Numbered from the stretch's first letter, positions 42,475 through 57,446 are shown. The stretch is 64,000 nucleotides of DNA from Eledone cirrhosa (GCA_964016885.1 OZ024742.1:213094001-213158000); one strand, 5' to 3'. Numbers and translations are program-made. The notes: generated by a model from the letters alone, not told the origin.

Positions 42475-44354
42475 ATGGCTGAAGCTTCTTCACCAACATT
42501 CGAAGGAGGAAAGGGGAAGATATGCTTACAGCTTCCCCCTACCACTGTCATAGTAGCAGATGTCAAAGACAAAGGTCAGCAAGAGGAGGGTCTTCTCCAC
42601 CTGCTGACCGACAACTTGACGTTGCCATGGCAACAAACCAAAAGCAAAAGTGTGAAACAAAAAGTGTGAAACAATGAACAAAAACAACACAACCAGTGGC
42701 ACCAGCAACAACAACAACAACAACAACAAAGCTATGAACGAAAATAACACCAACAACAACAAGACCAATAACTGCAACAAGGAGGTAAACGACAAAATAT
42801 CGTTTGCGCAAACCGTAAAGAAAACGGTAAGCTACACTCCGGTAGATATTTCATATGCAAATGAGCTTTTGAATAACGCCAGACAGTACATAACTTTTGG
42901 AGAGACGGATCATTCTCCATAAACTCTCCCCCAGATTTGCGAAGAGAAGCTGCTTTGAAAACTGTGGTTTTCAGGACAGTCTCAAACAAAACCCGAAAAC
43001 CGACTCAACTTTCACAAGGCGAAATTGAGTTGGTTTTAGAAGATGCCTTAAAAGACATTGCTTTCATTCAGAAGGGTAGACTCTTCGGGAGTTTATCCAT
43101 TCTGATGAAAGACCAACTGACGGCACAGAAATATTCTGTGTCGCCAATTGTATCACTATTGTTCACCTTTTTCCCCACTTACATGGGGAAAAGAACACAG
43201 AAAATAAAAATCCAAAGTATCACACCAAATATTGATATTTGGTGGGTACTATGTGGATTTTTAAACCTCGAAAAAGACTCAATAATATCGGTAGGTAAGT
43301 CCTCCGGCGACCTGTTCAGCGGAACTAGCCTGGAAGTTCTGGTCCAAATGACACCAGAACGAATAGCTAGGATCCCGGAACGTGTGCTGCTGGATGGGCT
43401 TATATACATAATCATTTCGGTCGAGGGTAGGCGGCCCTATTGTTACCACTGCCTAAGCAGGGGTCACCTGAGAGCTTCCTGTCCTCGGCTAACTAGCCAA
43501 AAAAAGGCATTACTGCCAACACCTGCAACACCAGCACAACAATCACCACCACCACCACCACCACCACCACCACAACAACAACATAAAAAAAATAGTGACA
43601 ACAAAACAAACGACAAACACAGTCCCACCCAACGCCTCCCCGTCTAAAACAACTCCAGAAACACCCACACACATAACATCTCCCCAAAATGTACCCCTCC
43701 CCAACAACACGGATGAGGCCTCATCATCGCCACCCAGTGACGATGAGGGGAAGCCTTTCCGACCAGTAAAAAGAAAAAAGAAAAGACATAACACAAACAA
43801 AAATGCAACAAACACACAAACACCAACACAAGCGACGCAAACAGCACAAACAAAAACACCCCCTCTTGAAAACAAAACACCTACTACAAAACGTAAACAC
43901 ACACAAGAACCACAGACAAAAAGCAACACAACAAAAATGTTACACCTACATAAATACTAACAATAAAACTTTAACAGACACCATAGGGAAAACCGAAGGG
44001 AAAACTTTTACGCACTCTTCGGAGAATCCTAATCTTAAAATGATTAGGATCTCCATGGACACACATAAACAACTAAAAGAAAAATTTCCTAACGTTGTAG
44101 GTACCCCCTGCGTCAAACCCTATAACTGCGTCCTTTTGAAATGTTTCCCCACCCACACCCCAGACACTCCCACCCCAGACACCAAAACCCCACCTGACAC
44201 CCCCTCTCCACCAAACATCTCCGTCTGTCTCCACCCCGCCAGAGACCACCACCCCACCAAACAACCCCTCCAACACCCCCATGGAAATTGTGCAGCCTGG
44301 TCCCCAGGAGACGAAGAGGTGAGTGATTTCTTTTCCTCTTCTTTTAACTTTTAA
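42475..44354 (+). pseudogene. Tx1 ORF1 (CCHC knuckle), frameshifted
   Basis: VEGRRPYCYHCLSRGHLRASC; colinear with ORF1 of copy 2. Confidence 0.8.
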
Positions 44355-44362
44355 GCACCAAC

Positions 44363-47300
44363 ATGGCCAATATAAGAGTTGGATGTGTGAATGTACGCGG
44401 CCTGGGGATGCCCTGGAAACAGGGCAAACTCTTAAACGACCTCAGGTCGCACAGTATGGATGTAGTAGCCATTTGCGAGTCCAGGATCCACAGCGAGCGA
44501 CAACTGGCCCCCAACTTCGACGACTTTGAGATCTACGCATCTCTCTGTCAGCCGGGAGGTGGGGTGGGGTTGACGCTTTGCTGCGGAAACACCTGGACCT
44601 CGTAACACAGACGGTACATCTGGACCCGGAGGGTCGACTGATGGTCCTAGACGTTGACGGTAGTGAAGGTGGAGCCTTCAGGCTGGTGGCTGCATATGCC
44701 CTATCCGGGACACCGCGGCCAGACTTCTTCAAACGTCTAGAGACTTTTCTGGGAACGTCCCGCTCCCTGCTGTTAGTGGGGGAGTGAAATCGAATCCTAG
44801 ATGCACGTTGGGACTATGTTGGAGCATGTCCCGATAGAAGGGGGTGTAACAGCCTCAAACAGTTAATCGGCCGATTTCAACTGGCCGATAGATATCGACT
44901 AGATTTTCAAACTGTGCCACTGTGGACGTGGACCAACTATAGCGGAACATCTAGATCGTACCGAGATAAGTTTCTATTTAGATTTAGTGATAGGGGCATG
45001 TTAAGCTGTCCACAAATGTTCATGGTTGCCTATTCAGATGACAAATTAGTAACCTGCTTAGTCAACCTTGACAAAACCCATAGACAGGGGCCCGACTACT
45101 GGAAGCTGAACTTGTCGTTACCGACATGCAAAGCCTACAGTAGACGGATTAGCACTTTAGTTAAGCAGCACTTGACGGGGGCCATTGTCAACAACAGATG
45201 GTAGTACTCTCTCAAGAGGGCAGTTAGATTAGACTCGATATGTTTTAGTAAAGAATTAGTGTTAGATAGAAATAAGACCGAAAAGGAACTGGTAGATAAA
45301 GTAGAAGAGGCACTTAGGAGTGGCAACGTAGCCAGCGTGCTAGCGACGAGAACGGCCTTGGACCAGTTCTTCGACGCAAAGCACGAGGGCTGCGTTGTCA
45401 GGAGCAAAATACGTGCTCTGGTAAACGAGGGAGCCAAAGCTGTTAGCTGGGCCCGAGTGACGGGGGCGAAACGTGGCAACAAGTCCACGATTCGATCTTT
45501 GAAGGACCAAGACGGACGCGTGATACGTGAGCCGAAGCACATGTGCGCAGACTTTCTGCGGCTCTTTGCTCAACTGTTCGGGAAGGAGGGCACGCTGGGA
45601 GGGGCTATGGATTTCGGTCCATACCTCGACAGCCTGCCGCGACTCTCGTACGGTGAGGTGAAGTTCTGCGAAAGGCCAATTTCGGCCGCTGAGATAGGGG
45701 ACGCACTGAGCCAATGCGGCAAACGCAAATCTCCAGGTCTCGACGGTCTACCCTACGAATTTTACGTAGCAATGCCGGACTTGTTCTCCGGTCTCCTGGA
45801 AGCGATCTACTGCAACTGGCAGCAGAACAGGAGAATTCCCAGTTCTGTGACCAAGGGCGTAGTCACGTTAATCAGGAAGGACGAGAATAAGGGGGATGAC
45901 ATAGGCAACTTCCAGCCCATAACTCTGCTAAACACAGAGTTTCAGATTTTGGCCAAGGTGTTGGCAAAGAGGCTGGCGCTTGTCGTCGAAAACCTGGTGG
46001 GAGAAGCGCAGACATGCGCAATCCCAACTAGGTCCATACACGACAACCTCCACCTCATGCGATACATCATAGAGAGGGGTGGGTGTAAACCCGGCTTCGG
46101 TGGGGCCCTGATCAACTTGGATCAGTCTAAGGCTTTCGATAGGGTTGACCATCGTTACCTGGATGCAGTACTCGAGAGGCAGGCTTCGGACCCGTGTTCA
46201 GGGGCTGGATTGCTGCTATGCACAGCAGCAACTTCTGCTCAAGGGTCAAGGTGAACGGCTACCACTCGGAGCCGTTCCATATCACGCGATCCATCCGACA
46301 GGGATTCCCTCTCTCCTCCCTTCTGTACGTACTGACTCTCAAGCCACTACTGCAGAAGTTGGAGCTATTACAGGGCATCCCTTTGGAACCGGGACGGCGA
46401 AAAGCGGCGTCGACCTACGCCGACGACGTAATAGTAATGGTGTCGAGCACCTCGCAAATCGGGGAGGTCGGCACCTTACTGGAGGTATACGAAAGATTCA
46501 CAGGAGCGAAGCTGAACCGGGGCAAATCCGTCGGTTTGCAACTCGGAACGTGGAGAGGCAAACCGATGCCTTCCGATGGCGTCGTCGGACGCTGGACGGA
46601 AGGATCGGTAAAGCTGCTCGAGGTCTGGTTTGGTCCGGACCTCCAGGTGGAGAAGAACTGGAACGAGGTGACGGCCAAGGTGTTTGCGCTCACCCAGAGT
46701 GGGCTGAGTGCAAACTATCCTTGAAAGGTCGAGAGGAGGTGGCGAACACTTTTATAGCGTCCATCATCTACTACCGCTTGACCGTCGTGCCTTGTCCTGG
46801 CAAAACGCTCACCAAAATGGAGCGCGCGTTCTTCCAATTCCTTTGGAAGAAACGGGCTCCTTTGGTGAGAAGATCCATCTGCTGCCAACACCCTTCAAAC
46901 GGAGGGCTGGGGATACCGTGGCTGACGATGCGCAAACACGCGCTCAGGTTGCGGCACCTCCACGTATTCCTCACCGGACAACCGGTGTGGGCCCCGTTCG
47001 TGAGGTGATCCTTCCCACGACTCGTCTCGCTGACCGAGCTGCAGTCCTGGGTCAATCAAAGACCGAGGAAAATGGGCGATTGGCACATCGAATGTGCTCA
47101 GGCGCTCACAGTCCTCCTTGCAAACGGACCCGGAGATCAGTGGAGACTCCACTTCGTCATTTTATAGAGGGTTGGTCCGCAGCAAGTGCGACGACGCGCT
47201 CGAAGAAACTCTAGGCGTAGAGGAGGACGAACTGGCCAGTCTGTTCGGTAGGATCTTCCACCCGGGACCGATGGACAACTTCCAAAAGTCCCTGGCCTGG

Positions 47301-47816
47301 CAGTGCTACCGAGGAGCTCTACCAGTTCGAGACAAACTCTACAGACACGGGCGCCCAGGCAGGGACCCTTCGATAAAGATCTGTCCGAGATGCGTGTGCG
47401 ACGAGGAAACCGTCGCGCACGCATTTGTACACTGCCCGGGTGTTACCGACCTGTGGGCCTATGTAGAACGACTATTGTCGCGGGTGGGACCAATCTAGTT
47501 GACCACCGAGTCCATTGTCATGATCAAACCGCCACCCTCCTTCAAAAACGAGGGAGAGGCGGTTTTCTTATGTGTTATGGCTATGGTGAAAGAAGTTATA
47601 TGGTGGACGAAGTTAAAAGGGCTGAGGTCAGACACCTTTCTCTCCGGCGAACAACTGATTTATTTTTTCAAATATCATTTTGAAAGAAGAATCAGGAGGG
47701 AGAGAGAGGTGCTGTACCCCAGCAAATTTTATAAAAGGTGGGTGAATGTGGCAAAGATGGCCCGAGTGGTTGGGCCTTCTCTCTATACAAGCCTATGTTG
47801 GTGCTCCTGGAGATGA
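44363..47816 (+). pseudogene. Tx1 ORF2 (APE, RT, Zn finger) with multiple stops and frameshifts
   Basis: MANIRVGCVNVRGL start; KSPGLDG, DQSKAFDRV, TYADD and CPRC. Confidence 0.9.
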
Positions 47817-48242
47817 GGGTTGTACATATTTTAGGGGTGTGTACAACCCCTGTGTAACGCCCCCCCCCCTACTGGGGATTTCAATTGTTATTTGTTATTT
47901 TATTAATAGTTTTATTTTCATATACCTGTATGTAAACTCCCCATTTATATTTGTCCCCTTCTTTTGTGCCCTTGTGGCTAATAAAGAAATTTATCTATCT
48001 ATTTGTCCGCCTGCCTGTTTGTCTGTCTATTTATCTGAGTGTCTGTCTGTCAGTTTGTCTGAGTGTCTGTCTGTCAGTTTGTCTGTCTATTTACCCGCCT
48101 GCCTGACTGTCTGACTGTCTGTCTAACCGTCCACCTGTCTGCCTAATGTCTAATCTCTTTTCCAATTTCTGTTATGTCAGTCACTAAGACTCTTAAAACT
48201 TCTTTTAAACTCTGCTCCTTTTCACCAACACACGCACGAACA

Positions 48243-48930
48243 TACCACCAACACCACCACCACCACCACCACCACCACCACCACCACCACTGCCACCACC
48301 ACCACCACCACAAACACCACTGCCACCATCACCACAAACAACACCACCACCACAAACACCACTGCCACCATCACCACCACAAACACCACCACCACCACAA
48401 ACAACACCACCACAAACACCACCACCACCACCACAAACACCACTGCCACCATCACCACAAACAACACCACCACCACAAACACCACTGCCACCATCACCAC
48501 CACAAACACCACCACCACCACAAACAACACCACCACAAACACCACCACCACCACCACCACCACCACCACCACCACCACCACCACCACCACCACCACAAAC
48601 ACCACTGCCACCATCACCACCACAAACACCACCACCACCACAAACAACACCACCACAAACACCACCACCACCACCACCACCACAAACACCACTGCCACCA
48701 TCACCACCACAAACACCACCACCACCACCACCACCAGCACCACAAACACCACTGCCACCATCACCACCACAAACACCACCACCACCACAAACAACACCAC
48801 CACAAACACCACCACCACAAACACCACTGCCACCATCACCACCACAAACACCACCACCACCACAAACAACACCACCACAAACACCACCATGACCACCACC
48901 ACCACCACCACCACAACAACAACAACAACG
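48243..48930. repeat. Compound (CAC)n repeat with higher-order units
   Basis: Recurrent AAACACCACTGCCACCAT and AAACAACAC variants within CAC runs. Confidence 0.95.
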
Positions 48931-49475
48931 ACGCCGCCGTCGCCGTAGCAATAGCAGTTCTACCACTATAAGACGGATTGCCAGACAGGTACAGTTCACA
49001 AGATGTCATGTCACAGAAGCCCAGTGATTATGACATAATTTAAGGCTCTTAATACCACAGCTGAACTCGGCGACATATGTCAGCTTGTTCCGTCTCTTTC
49101 TCGCATTGTCTATATCATATCGGTGCGTTTCAAGAGAGTAGCTGTATGAGCGTGTGCATCACTATTTGTACGCGTGTGCGTGTGCGTGTATAAGTATGTA
49201 TGTATGTGTATATGTTTACACAGGCATGCGCCTGTGTGTGTGTGTGTGTGCATGTGTGTGTATGTATGTATGTGTGTGTGTGTTAGCATAACTGTGTATG
49301 TGCGTATCTGTGTGCGTGAAAGTATATCTATTTGTGTGTATGTGTGCGTGTATATGTCTGGTATGTGTATTTTGTTGTTTAGTACCGGAGTTGAGAAAGA
49401 GAGTGGCGAGAAGACCCTTATGTATTAGAGAAGAGCATACACTTGTGGTGGGCCGAGGTGGAGAGGCCAGCTGTG

Positions 49476-49822
49476 TCATGGGTGTTATATGCAGATGGAG
49501 TGCTTTTCATGGATGTGGTGGATTGGCAGTATCGCTAGAGCGTCAGACACAATGCTTTGCAGCATAGAGTTATGACCCTTTACGTTCTAAGTTCATGGGT
49601 GTTATATGCAGATGGAGTGCTTTTCATGGATGTGGTGGATTGGCAGTATCGCTAGAGCGTCAGACACAATGCTTTGCAGCGTAGAGTTATGACCCTTTAC
49701 GTTCTAAGTTCAAATCCTGCCGAGGTTAACTTTGCGTTTCATCCTTACAGGGTCGATAGAATAAAGTATCAGTAATGCAGTGGAGTAATTGCTGGCCTTG
49801 TGCCAAAAGTAGAAACAATTGT
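49476..49822 (+). mobile_element. SINE with 118-bp tandem duplication spanning flank and head
   Basis: TCATGGGTGTTATATGCAG...CTAAGTTCA is repeated at about 49476 and 49594. Confidence 0.8.
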
Positions 49823-49969
49823 TACCTCTGTGTAAGTGTGGTCAGTGTATCATTGATGGGAGTGTACGAGTGTGTGTGTATGTTTATGTATGAGGGTGTT
49901 TGTGCATATACATGTGTGTGTCTGGGAGATTCTTGTATTGTTTGTGTGTACGCGAGTGTGCACGATTGT

Positions 49970-50170
49970 GTGTCTGCGAAAAACAAACAGAAACAACGAA
50001 GCAAACACAGTACAATAAAGAAATATTAGATTAACGCTTGATATAATAGGAAAAAGTGTTTTTGTGTTTCGGACACTAGTCCTTCATCAGAATGAAAAAT
50101 GAAAGAGGAAATAGAAAGATAGAGAGTGAGAATAGGAAAGAACGGAAAATATTATTTGGGGGAGAAAATA
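49970..50170 (-). mobile_element. pLTR related to the 16418-18046 PLE, HHR at about 50058-50094
   Basis: CTGATGA-A-GGAC/TAGT/GTCC-GAAA followed by TTATATCAAGCGTTAA.CTAATAT, as at 17971. Confidence 0.72.
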
Positions 50171-51081
50171 TGTCTTTGCTTGGTGATCCTGTACTAACTA
50201 GTTTGCTGTATAAAAATACACGTGAAAAGTCATTGAGTTGCACATCCAATTGATCGTTCAATTACAAAACAGCACTGAAAATATAATATATGTAAATGTT
50301 CTATGAAATATGATAGCCGATTGTGAGGTCTCGGATCTGTAGTCCGATTGAGAGTCCTGTATAGAGGTATAGTGTGGCAATGTTCTATAGTGATAGTATC
50401 TTTTTTCAGTTAAATAAAATCCCATTAACGTTATATTATCATTGGGTAATGTTTACGACGGTTCTGTTTAAGGAATCTGAGTATATTAGCACGAGGCGCC
50501 TAATATCTTTATAACTAAGTCAGGGGAGGAAAAGGCGCGTCGAAGACCTTTTTTCTCTGAGACAGGTAGTGTTGTCCTCGAGCAACAAAATGTGTTGTCC
50601 TCGAGCTAGAATATTGGTCCAAATGCTTTCAACGAAGTTGACTAAAAATACTCCAAGGCTAACCGGAGCTGTTAAACCAGGTGATGGATTAGGTCGACCT
50701 TCTAAGAATGTGAATTATCCTACCTACCTGTTTCTACAAGGCTTGATTCGACACGACACAATTACAGAAGAAACTTTTAACGACGGAGTTAGGGTGTGTA
50801 CATAAAACGTCAGCGTGTAGAAATATTTAGGTGAGGCGTCATGTGTCAGCAGAGTATTTGTTGTTAAAAGGGACAGTAAGGTGATTAGCGTGTGAAAGGT
50901 AAACAAATTTTGTACATAGGTGTTTTTTGTCTTTATTTATCATACACACAGACACACACACACACATGCACACATATATGTATATAGTGATAACCTATAA
51001 TGTATATTATATACATCTTTGCCTCACTGTCTATGTATGTATGTATGTATGTATGTATGTATGTATGTATGTATGTATCTA

Positions 51082-51690
51082 TGTCAGGTCACCAGTTGGT
51101 GCTACTGGTAACATGTATCCCAGTACAACCTGTCCCATGGTCGGGTCGTTGGCGACTAAACTGGCAACCCCACCAAGGTTTCTTGGTGAGGAGGGTGACT
51201 TTGGACATCCTGCAGGACTAAAAACAAGACCTGTCAAAGGGCAAAGGAGCTCTTAAGAGTCAATGGCCATCCAAAATCACCGGGAGAGATGACCCCTTAG
51301 CCTTTGTCAAGGCAGAATTCTAGGAGAAGGAAAACTCTGATATAACACCTGCAACTCTGATGGTATCCAATGATGTTGACTTGTTCTTCTTTTTGGTAAA
51401 TATCATCTTGGTTAAGAGAGTGGGACTGGCTTTGTGCAGTGCCTTTGCTCACTATAAAAGCTTCACGGCACAGGCATTGCTTTATATCTGGAGATCTCTC
51501 TGCACTTGTCGTCACAGGGTACCATGGCCCCAGCACTATGTGTCAATATTTGTCACAAGTGTAGTGTTTGTACCAGAGTTTTCAAGTCGCTGGCTGGACT
51601 AAAAGGTCACACTCGTTCAGTGCATCGGTAGGGGTTCTCCTATATGGATATAAAGTAGTGGCCGTACTCGAAAACGAGTTGGCAGCCACC
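51082..51690 (+). mobile_element. Internally deleted RTE derivative in (TATG)n
   Basis: RTE-like 5' region (TAAAAACAAGACCTGTCAAAGGG) joined to the C-terminal [17 protein letters not shown] finger. (ATGT)n on both sides. Confidence 0.6.
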
Positions 51691-51713
51691 ATGTATGTAT
51701 GTATGTATGTATG

Positions 51714-52071
<358 letters not shown>

Positions 52072-52995
52072 TGTGTGTGTGTTTATATATATATTGCCGC
52101 ATGTATGGCACCCCCAGACTTGGATAAAGACATCAAACAAATGGTTTTGAGTGGGTTTATGACTAGCTGTGATTAATAGCGTCCCATATCCGCCCACAGG
52201 ATGCCATTCTCAAAACCACCCCAGGTCGCGCCTAGAAACCCACAATACATATGACATTGTTGAGGCTGTCTGTCGCAATGATCGCATCGATCGACGGACC
52301 ACCTCCGTATTAGTTCTTTATTTATGTTTTGCCATAATCCGTAGTTGATTATTAAATCATTTTATGTTAATTACACCTTATAGCGTCACCGAATGTATTG
52401 TATCAAGATCTGATGACATAAGCCAAAGAAATACGTAGTGTGTATTTATGCAACCTTAAAGGAATATACTGGTATCCGGCCTTCTTTTTCATTGATTTAA
52501 CTCAGTTTCCACACCAGCCACAAGTTACCACCTCTATGACCGATGGTACTCATAGCGTTTTGTGCTTTTGATTACTGCATCACGGTCGGCTAATCGGAAT
52601 GGAGAGATCTACCCATTAGTTAAAACTAGCCAACATAAACGGTATATACACACACACATATATATGTGTGTGTATATGTATATATGTGTGTGTGTGAGTG
52701 TGTGTGTACGTATGTGTGTATGTTTATAATTACTATATCATCTTAATATGGGGTAATCAATTTATTACACTTTTTCACGCAAATCTTCACTGTTTACACT
52801 GAGCGAGAAGGAAAGTAACTGTGGTGTATATTCGCAATAATGCTCCAAGCTGCAATTGTTGTAAAAAGAATAGTAGCTTAGTTAATTTATTTAAAAAGTA
52901 AGTCTTATCAATATTAGGAAGGTTTGGCTGGAAAAATTGTGTATTGTTAAACGGTTAAATTATTACGTTATGGTTTTTAGCAAATGTCCTCGAAG

Positions 52996-53133
<138 letters not shown>

Positions 53134-53545
53134 TGAGAGAGAGAGAGAAGGAGAAAGAGAGAGAGAGAGAGATTTAATGTTATGTTTTGGCTTTAGATCT
53201 GTATCAGTATTTTTATAAAAGCGAAAAAACAATAACAACAACATCAACAACTACAAAACCTAGAACCTGCGGCAATTTATATATCTTTATATCGAGCTGT
53301 TTACAAGCGATGAAGCACCAACAGTTTTCAGGATTTTTATCTTTGCAAATTGTTTCAGCGTATTGTTTACAGGTCCCACTGTAAGCATTGTTTGCAAAAG
53401 AATTCATGCGTTTTTCAGGGTATTGTTTTTTGTTCACCCTTTGGAATATTGTTTACAATTGCTACTTTACAGTATTGTTTGGCATTGGTTCTTTTGCATA
53501 ATGTTTACAACTGGTGCTTTAGAGTATTGTTTACAATGTAGACTT

Positions 53546-53988
53546 AGGCTATTGTTTACAGTTGGTACTTTAAAGTATTGTGCAAAATAGAGATTTTAGG
53601 CTGTTGTTTACAGTTGGTACTTTAAAGTATTGTGTAAAATAGAGATTTTAGGCTATTGTTTACAGTTGGTACTTTAAAGTATTGTGAAAAATAGAGATTT
53701 TAGGCTGTTGTTTACAGTTGGTACTTTAAAGTATTGTGTAAAATAGAGATTTTAAGCTGTTGTTTACAGTTGGTACTTTAAAGTATTGTGCAAAATAGAG
53801 ATTTTAGGCTGTTGTTTACAGTTGGTACTTTAAAGTATTGTGTAAAATAGAGATTTTAGGCTGTTGTTTACAGTTGGTACTTTAAAGTATTGTGTAAAAT
53901 AGAGATTTTAGGCTGTTGTTTACAGTTGGTACTTTAAAGTATTGTGTAAAATAGAGATTTTAGGCTGTTGTTTACAGTTGGTACTTTA
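53546..53988. repeat. 52-bp minisatellite, about 8.5 copies (26-bp dimer)
   Basis: TAGGCTGTTGTTTACAGTTGGTACTT + TAAAGTATTGTGTAAAATAGAGATTT, with degenerate 26-mers on both sides. Confidence 0.95.
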
Positions 53989-55805
53989 GAAAAATGTCTA
54001 AAATGGAGAATTTAGGTTATTTATTAGAATTGGTTCTTTTCGATTGTTGTTTATAATTGTACCGTTGTTTGCTTTATGCTGTGTTTATAATTGGAATTGT
54101 AAAGTAATTGAAAGCAGTTTGTACCATATTTGTATAAGAGTATTATTTACAGTACTCGACAGCTATAAATATTGCTCTCATACACTTTGGAGCAATTAAT
54201 ACAATGCAACATTAACATCGATTTCTAATATTGGAATAATTATAGTACAGGCGACTTAATCGATTCTAATGCTAACTGTACTTATTCTCTACAACCCGGA
54301 AAATGGGTGGCTAAACTATTCTCGCCGGATTTGAGCTCAGAATGTGAAGGAACTAAGTAATAAAATATTGTTAAACAATTTAATTAAACGATCTACCATT
54401 TCTGTCATTTAACTGTTTTACTAAGAAGAATTTAGAACTTAATAATGTGTAACCAAATAATGGTTGTCAATTTAAGAACAAGGCCAGCAATATTAAGGGG
54501 AGGGAAAAGTCGATTATATCGAACCATTACTTGGCTGGTTCTTCATTTTATTGTCCAAGGAAGAATGAAAGGTAAAGTTGTCCTTAACGGGATTTTTACT
54601 CAGAACGTAAAGGGCCGGAACAAATACTGCAAATCATTCTCTCCGACGTTCTAACGTCTCTGCCAATAATAGAAATAGTTTTGTGTGACGCTCTACTGAT
54701 TTTTTCCAGCCACTACCATCTCAATTATGAGTAAAACCACAAATTTTGAATGAGGGGTTTGCCAGTCATCAAATTGGTTCTTCTTTTATTGAAATCGCGA
54801 TGACATTCTTTATTGAAATCGCGATGACATTCGATCTCAGAGTGCAAGTCGATATATTATAATACCACAAAGCATGTTATCTGGAGTTGTAAGCTTTTTA
54901 CTATTTGTTGTCCTTTTAAAATCAATTAATATATTAAAAAGTTTTGTGGATTGACAGAATCGTTAGAACATCGATAGCCTTGTGCTAATGCAAAACATTA
55001 CCATAATAAAGATATCAAAAATACAGCCAACCTTCTCATCCCTCCCAAACAAAAACACGACTAACTTTATCAGATATATTGTTTATAGTTTTAGTGTTTA
55101 GTCATCACCCTTGATTGAGCAGATCTATGATCAAAGACGCTACAGCTTTTTTAAGGAGGTAGGATGTAAAGTTAACGAAATCTATCTGCGATTTTTATCA
55201 GAACTAGTGGCCGCATAGACGCTATCTAGTTGGCCCTAACTGAAAGACAAAGATGGCAAATGGAAAACTGAGGGCAGGTAAGAATGAAAGTTATTGTAGT
55301 TTAAGTCAGTCTTGACTGAACAGACATATGATCAAAGGCATTTCCAGCCTTAGCCATCTTATCGTTTGGCTCTTGATAGTATATCAAGGACTACGTTATC
55401 AATTAGGTGGAATATGAGGGCAACTTCGCTGCTATTTGCAGCAGATCGAGAGAATACGTACAAACTCCCTCGTTGGTTCGAGAAAATAGAAGATAAAGGA
55501 ATGTGGTTTCATAACACTTGCTATTGAGTGGCTGATTAGTAACATCGCTAGAGTGTCCGACAAATGTTTTCCCTTATCCATCACGTCCTTTTACGTACTG
55601 AGTTAAAAACCCACAGACATACTTCCGAGTCGATAGAGTGTCGAAATATATTTAATCAACAATATTGCCGCCACAAAATCTGTGGCATTATACTTATATC
55701 ACAAATGAATAATTGTCATATTTCAGTCATATTTTGTGAGAGGTAAATTATGAGTCGCTTAGTTGGTTTTCAGATGAATGTAAAAGAAAAATAGCAAATA
55801 CGAGG

Positions 55806-55925
55806 AATAATTGTTTCTACTTTAGGCACAAGGCCAGCAAATACCCAGTACATTACTGGTACTTTATTTTATCGACCCCCGTAAGGATGAAAGGCAAAGT
55901 TAACCTCGGCGGGATTTGAACTCAG
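55806..55925 (-). mobile_element. 5'-truncated SINE
   Basis: 3' half of the family consensus. Confidence 0.8.
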
Positions 55926-57446
55926 AGTAATAATGAACACTGATAAACCTCGTATGAGGTATACTGCTATCTATTACCACTTCTGCATATTTTGAAAACA
56001 AACGTACATGAGAAATTTCTCCTTCCATTCCTTCACCACATTGACTATATTACAACAACACCATCCCTGTCGCTCCCATCATTGATAAAGAATCAAGATT
56101 AAGCTGGCACTGCAGCTGGCGATATTTTCTACCACCGAACCACCATTATAAGGATTATACTCCTTCTCCTCTTCCCCACCACTATCCTCCTCCTCCTCCT
56201 CATCATCATCATCATCGTCATCATCGTGCAATTATGATCATCATTGATATCATCGTCGTACATAGCCACATTCTGGTTCAATTAATATAGATCACATATA
56301 AACAGCTACTTCCTTCCATATAAATCAAATTCATAGCATATCAGCAATTTCTTTTATTTATCTTATTACTAGCTTTACATTCGCCATTGTCCTTTAGTTT
56401 TATAAAATTTCATTGGTTATGATACATCATGTAGTCTTAAAAATGGATGCATCTGATTAAAGGAGACATGGTTTTGTTTGAGACTTGATATATTTTTACA
56501 TCTATCAAATATTCAGTCCTAATTTTAACACAAGACCACACATATTCGAAGAGAATGTATTTATTAAATTGAGCAAGATGGTTGGATAACATCCATGAGC
56601 TCTGGTCAGTTCTTCTTCTATATTTCTTTCTCTCTCCCTCTTTCTCACTATCTTCCTCTGAAAGAAATCTGCTGTGTTTGCAGATATGGATGGGCTCCAC
56701 CAGGCTTAAAATGCCCAAGAAACACCGTGTCACCACGGCGCCCCTACGACTCCCTCAGAAGTTACGGGACCATACTATACCATACCATACTAAAGTTTCT
56801 TTCGGTTACTCTATTTGGTAGTTATTAGGAAGTAATAAAATGTTGAATTTTTCTGATTTCAAATTGTCGGTAATACTGGTTGTTTTTAACAGGATAAAAT
56901 TCTTAAAAGTTTAAAGATGTAAGTTTAAAGATCTTAAGTATAACAGAATCTGATTTTGTTAACAATGAATACTTACATTAAGAAATCCGTTATCTTTTCT
57001 GTAATAAATTCATGCAAATATTTACTATTTAAAATTGCAGGAACATAACCGAAAACGGAAATTGAAGGATGCTGGCTGAATTACATGAAACAGTAAACAA
57101 AGAATTCAAACTGTTTAATGTGTTTTACTAATCAATTTTGGTCAATACAGGCAGGTGTTATGACACAGCAATATAAATTTACATCTTCCATATTCCACGT
57201 TGTAGACAATATATTTATAATGTTATTTCACCGTCATCAAATGTATGTTACGAATTAACAAAACAACTATTGTTTTTTTGTTGTTTTCCCCCAATGTCCT
57301 CGTTGCTCAGGCGTGAATTATACTTTATCATGGTTGTCCTGTTTTGTAAGTGAAAATGCGAAAGATGGAGGGAGAGAGAGAGAAAGAGAGAGAGAGAAAG
57401 GGAGAGAGAGAGAGAGAGATCTGTTTTTAATATATAGAGAATGTTA

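Larger units (their letters stand above)
42294..47988 (+). mobile_element. Full-length Tx1/L1-clade LINE copy 3 with 12-bp TSD
   Basis: ATTTATCTATCT at 42282-42293 and 47989-48000. 3' end AATAAAGAA followed by (TCTG/TCTA)n. Confidence 0.9.

Noticed and set aside
48174-48999. His-rich, Gly/Cys-rich and poly-Val ORFs
   Set aside because: They are translations of a (CAC)n compound repeat that is open in several frames and on both strands, with no gene context.
53546-53988. CRISPR-like array
   Set aside because: The units are contiguous near-identical repeats without unique spacers, and the DNA is eukaryotic.
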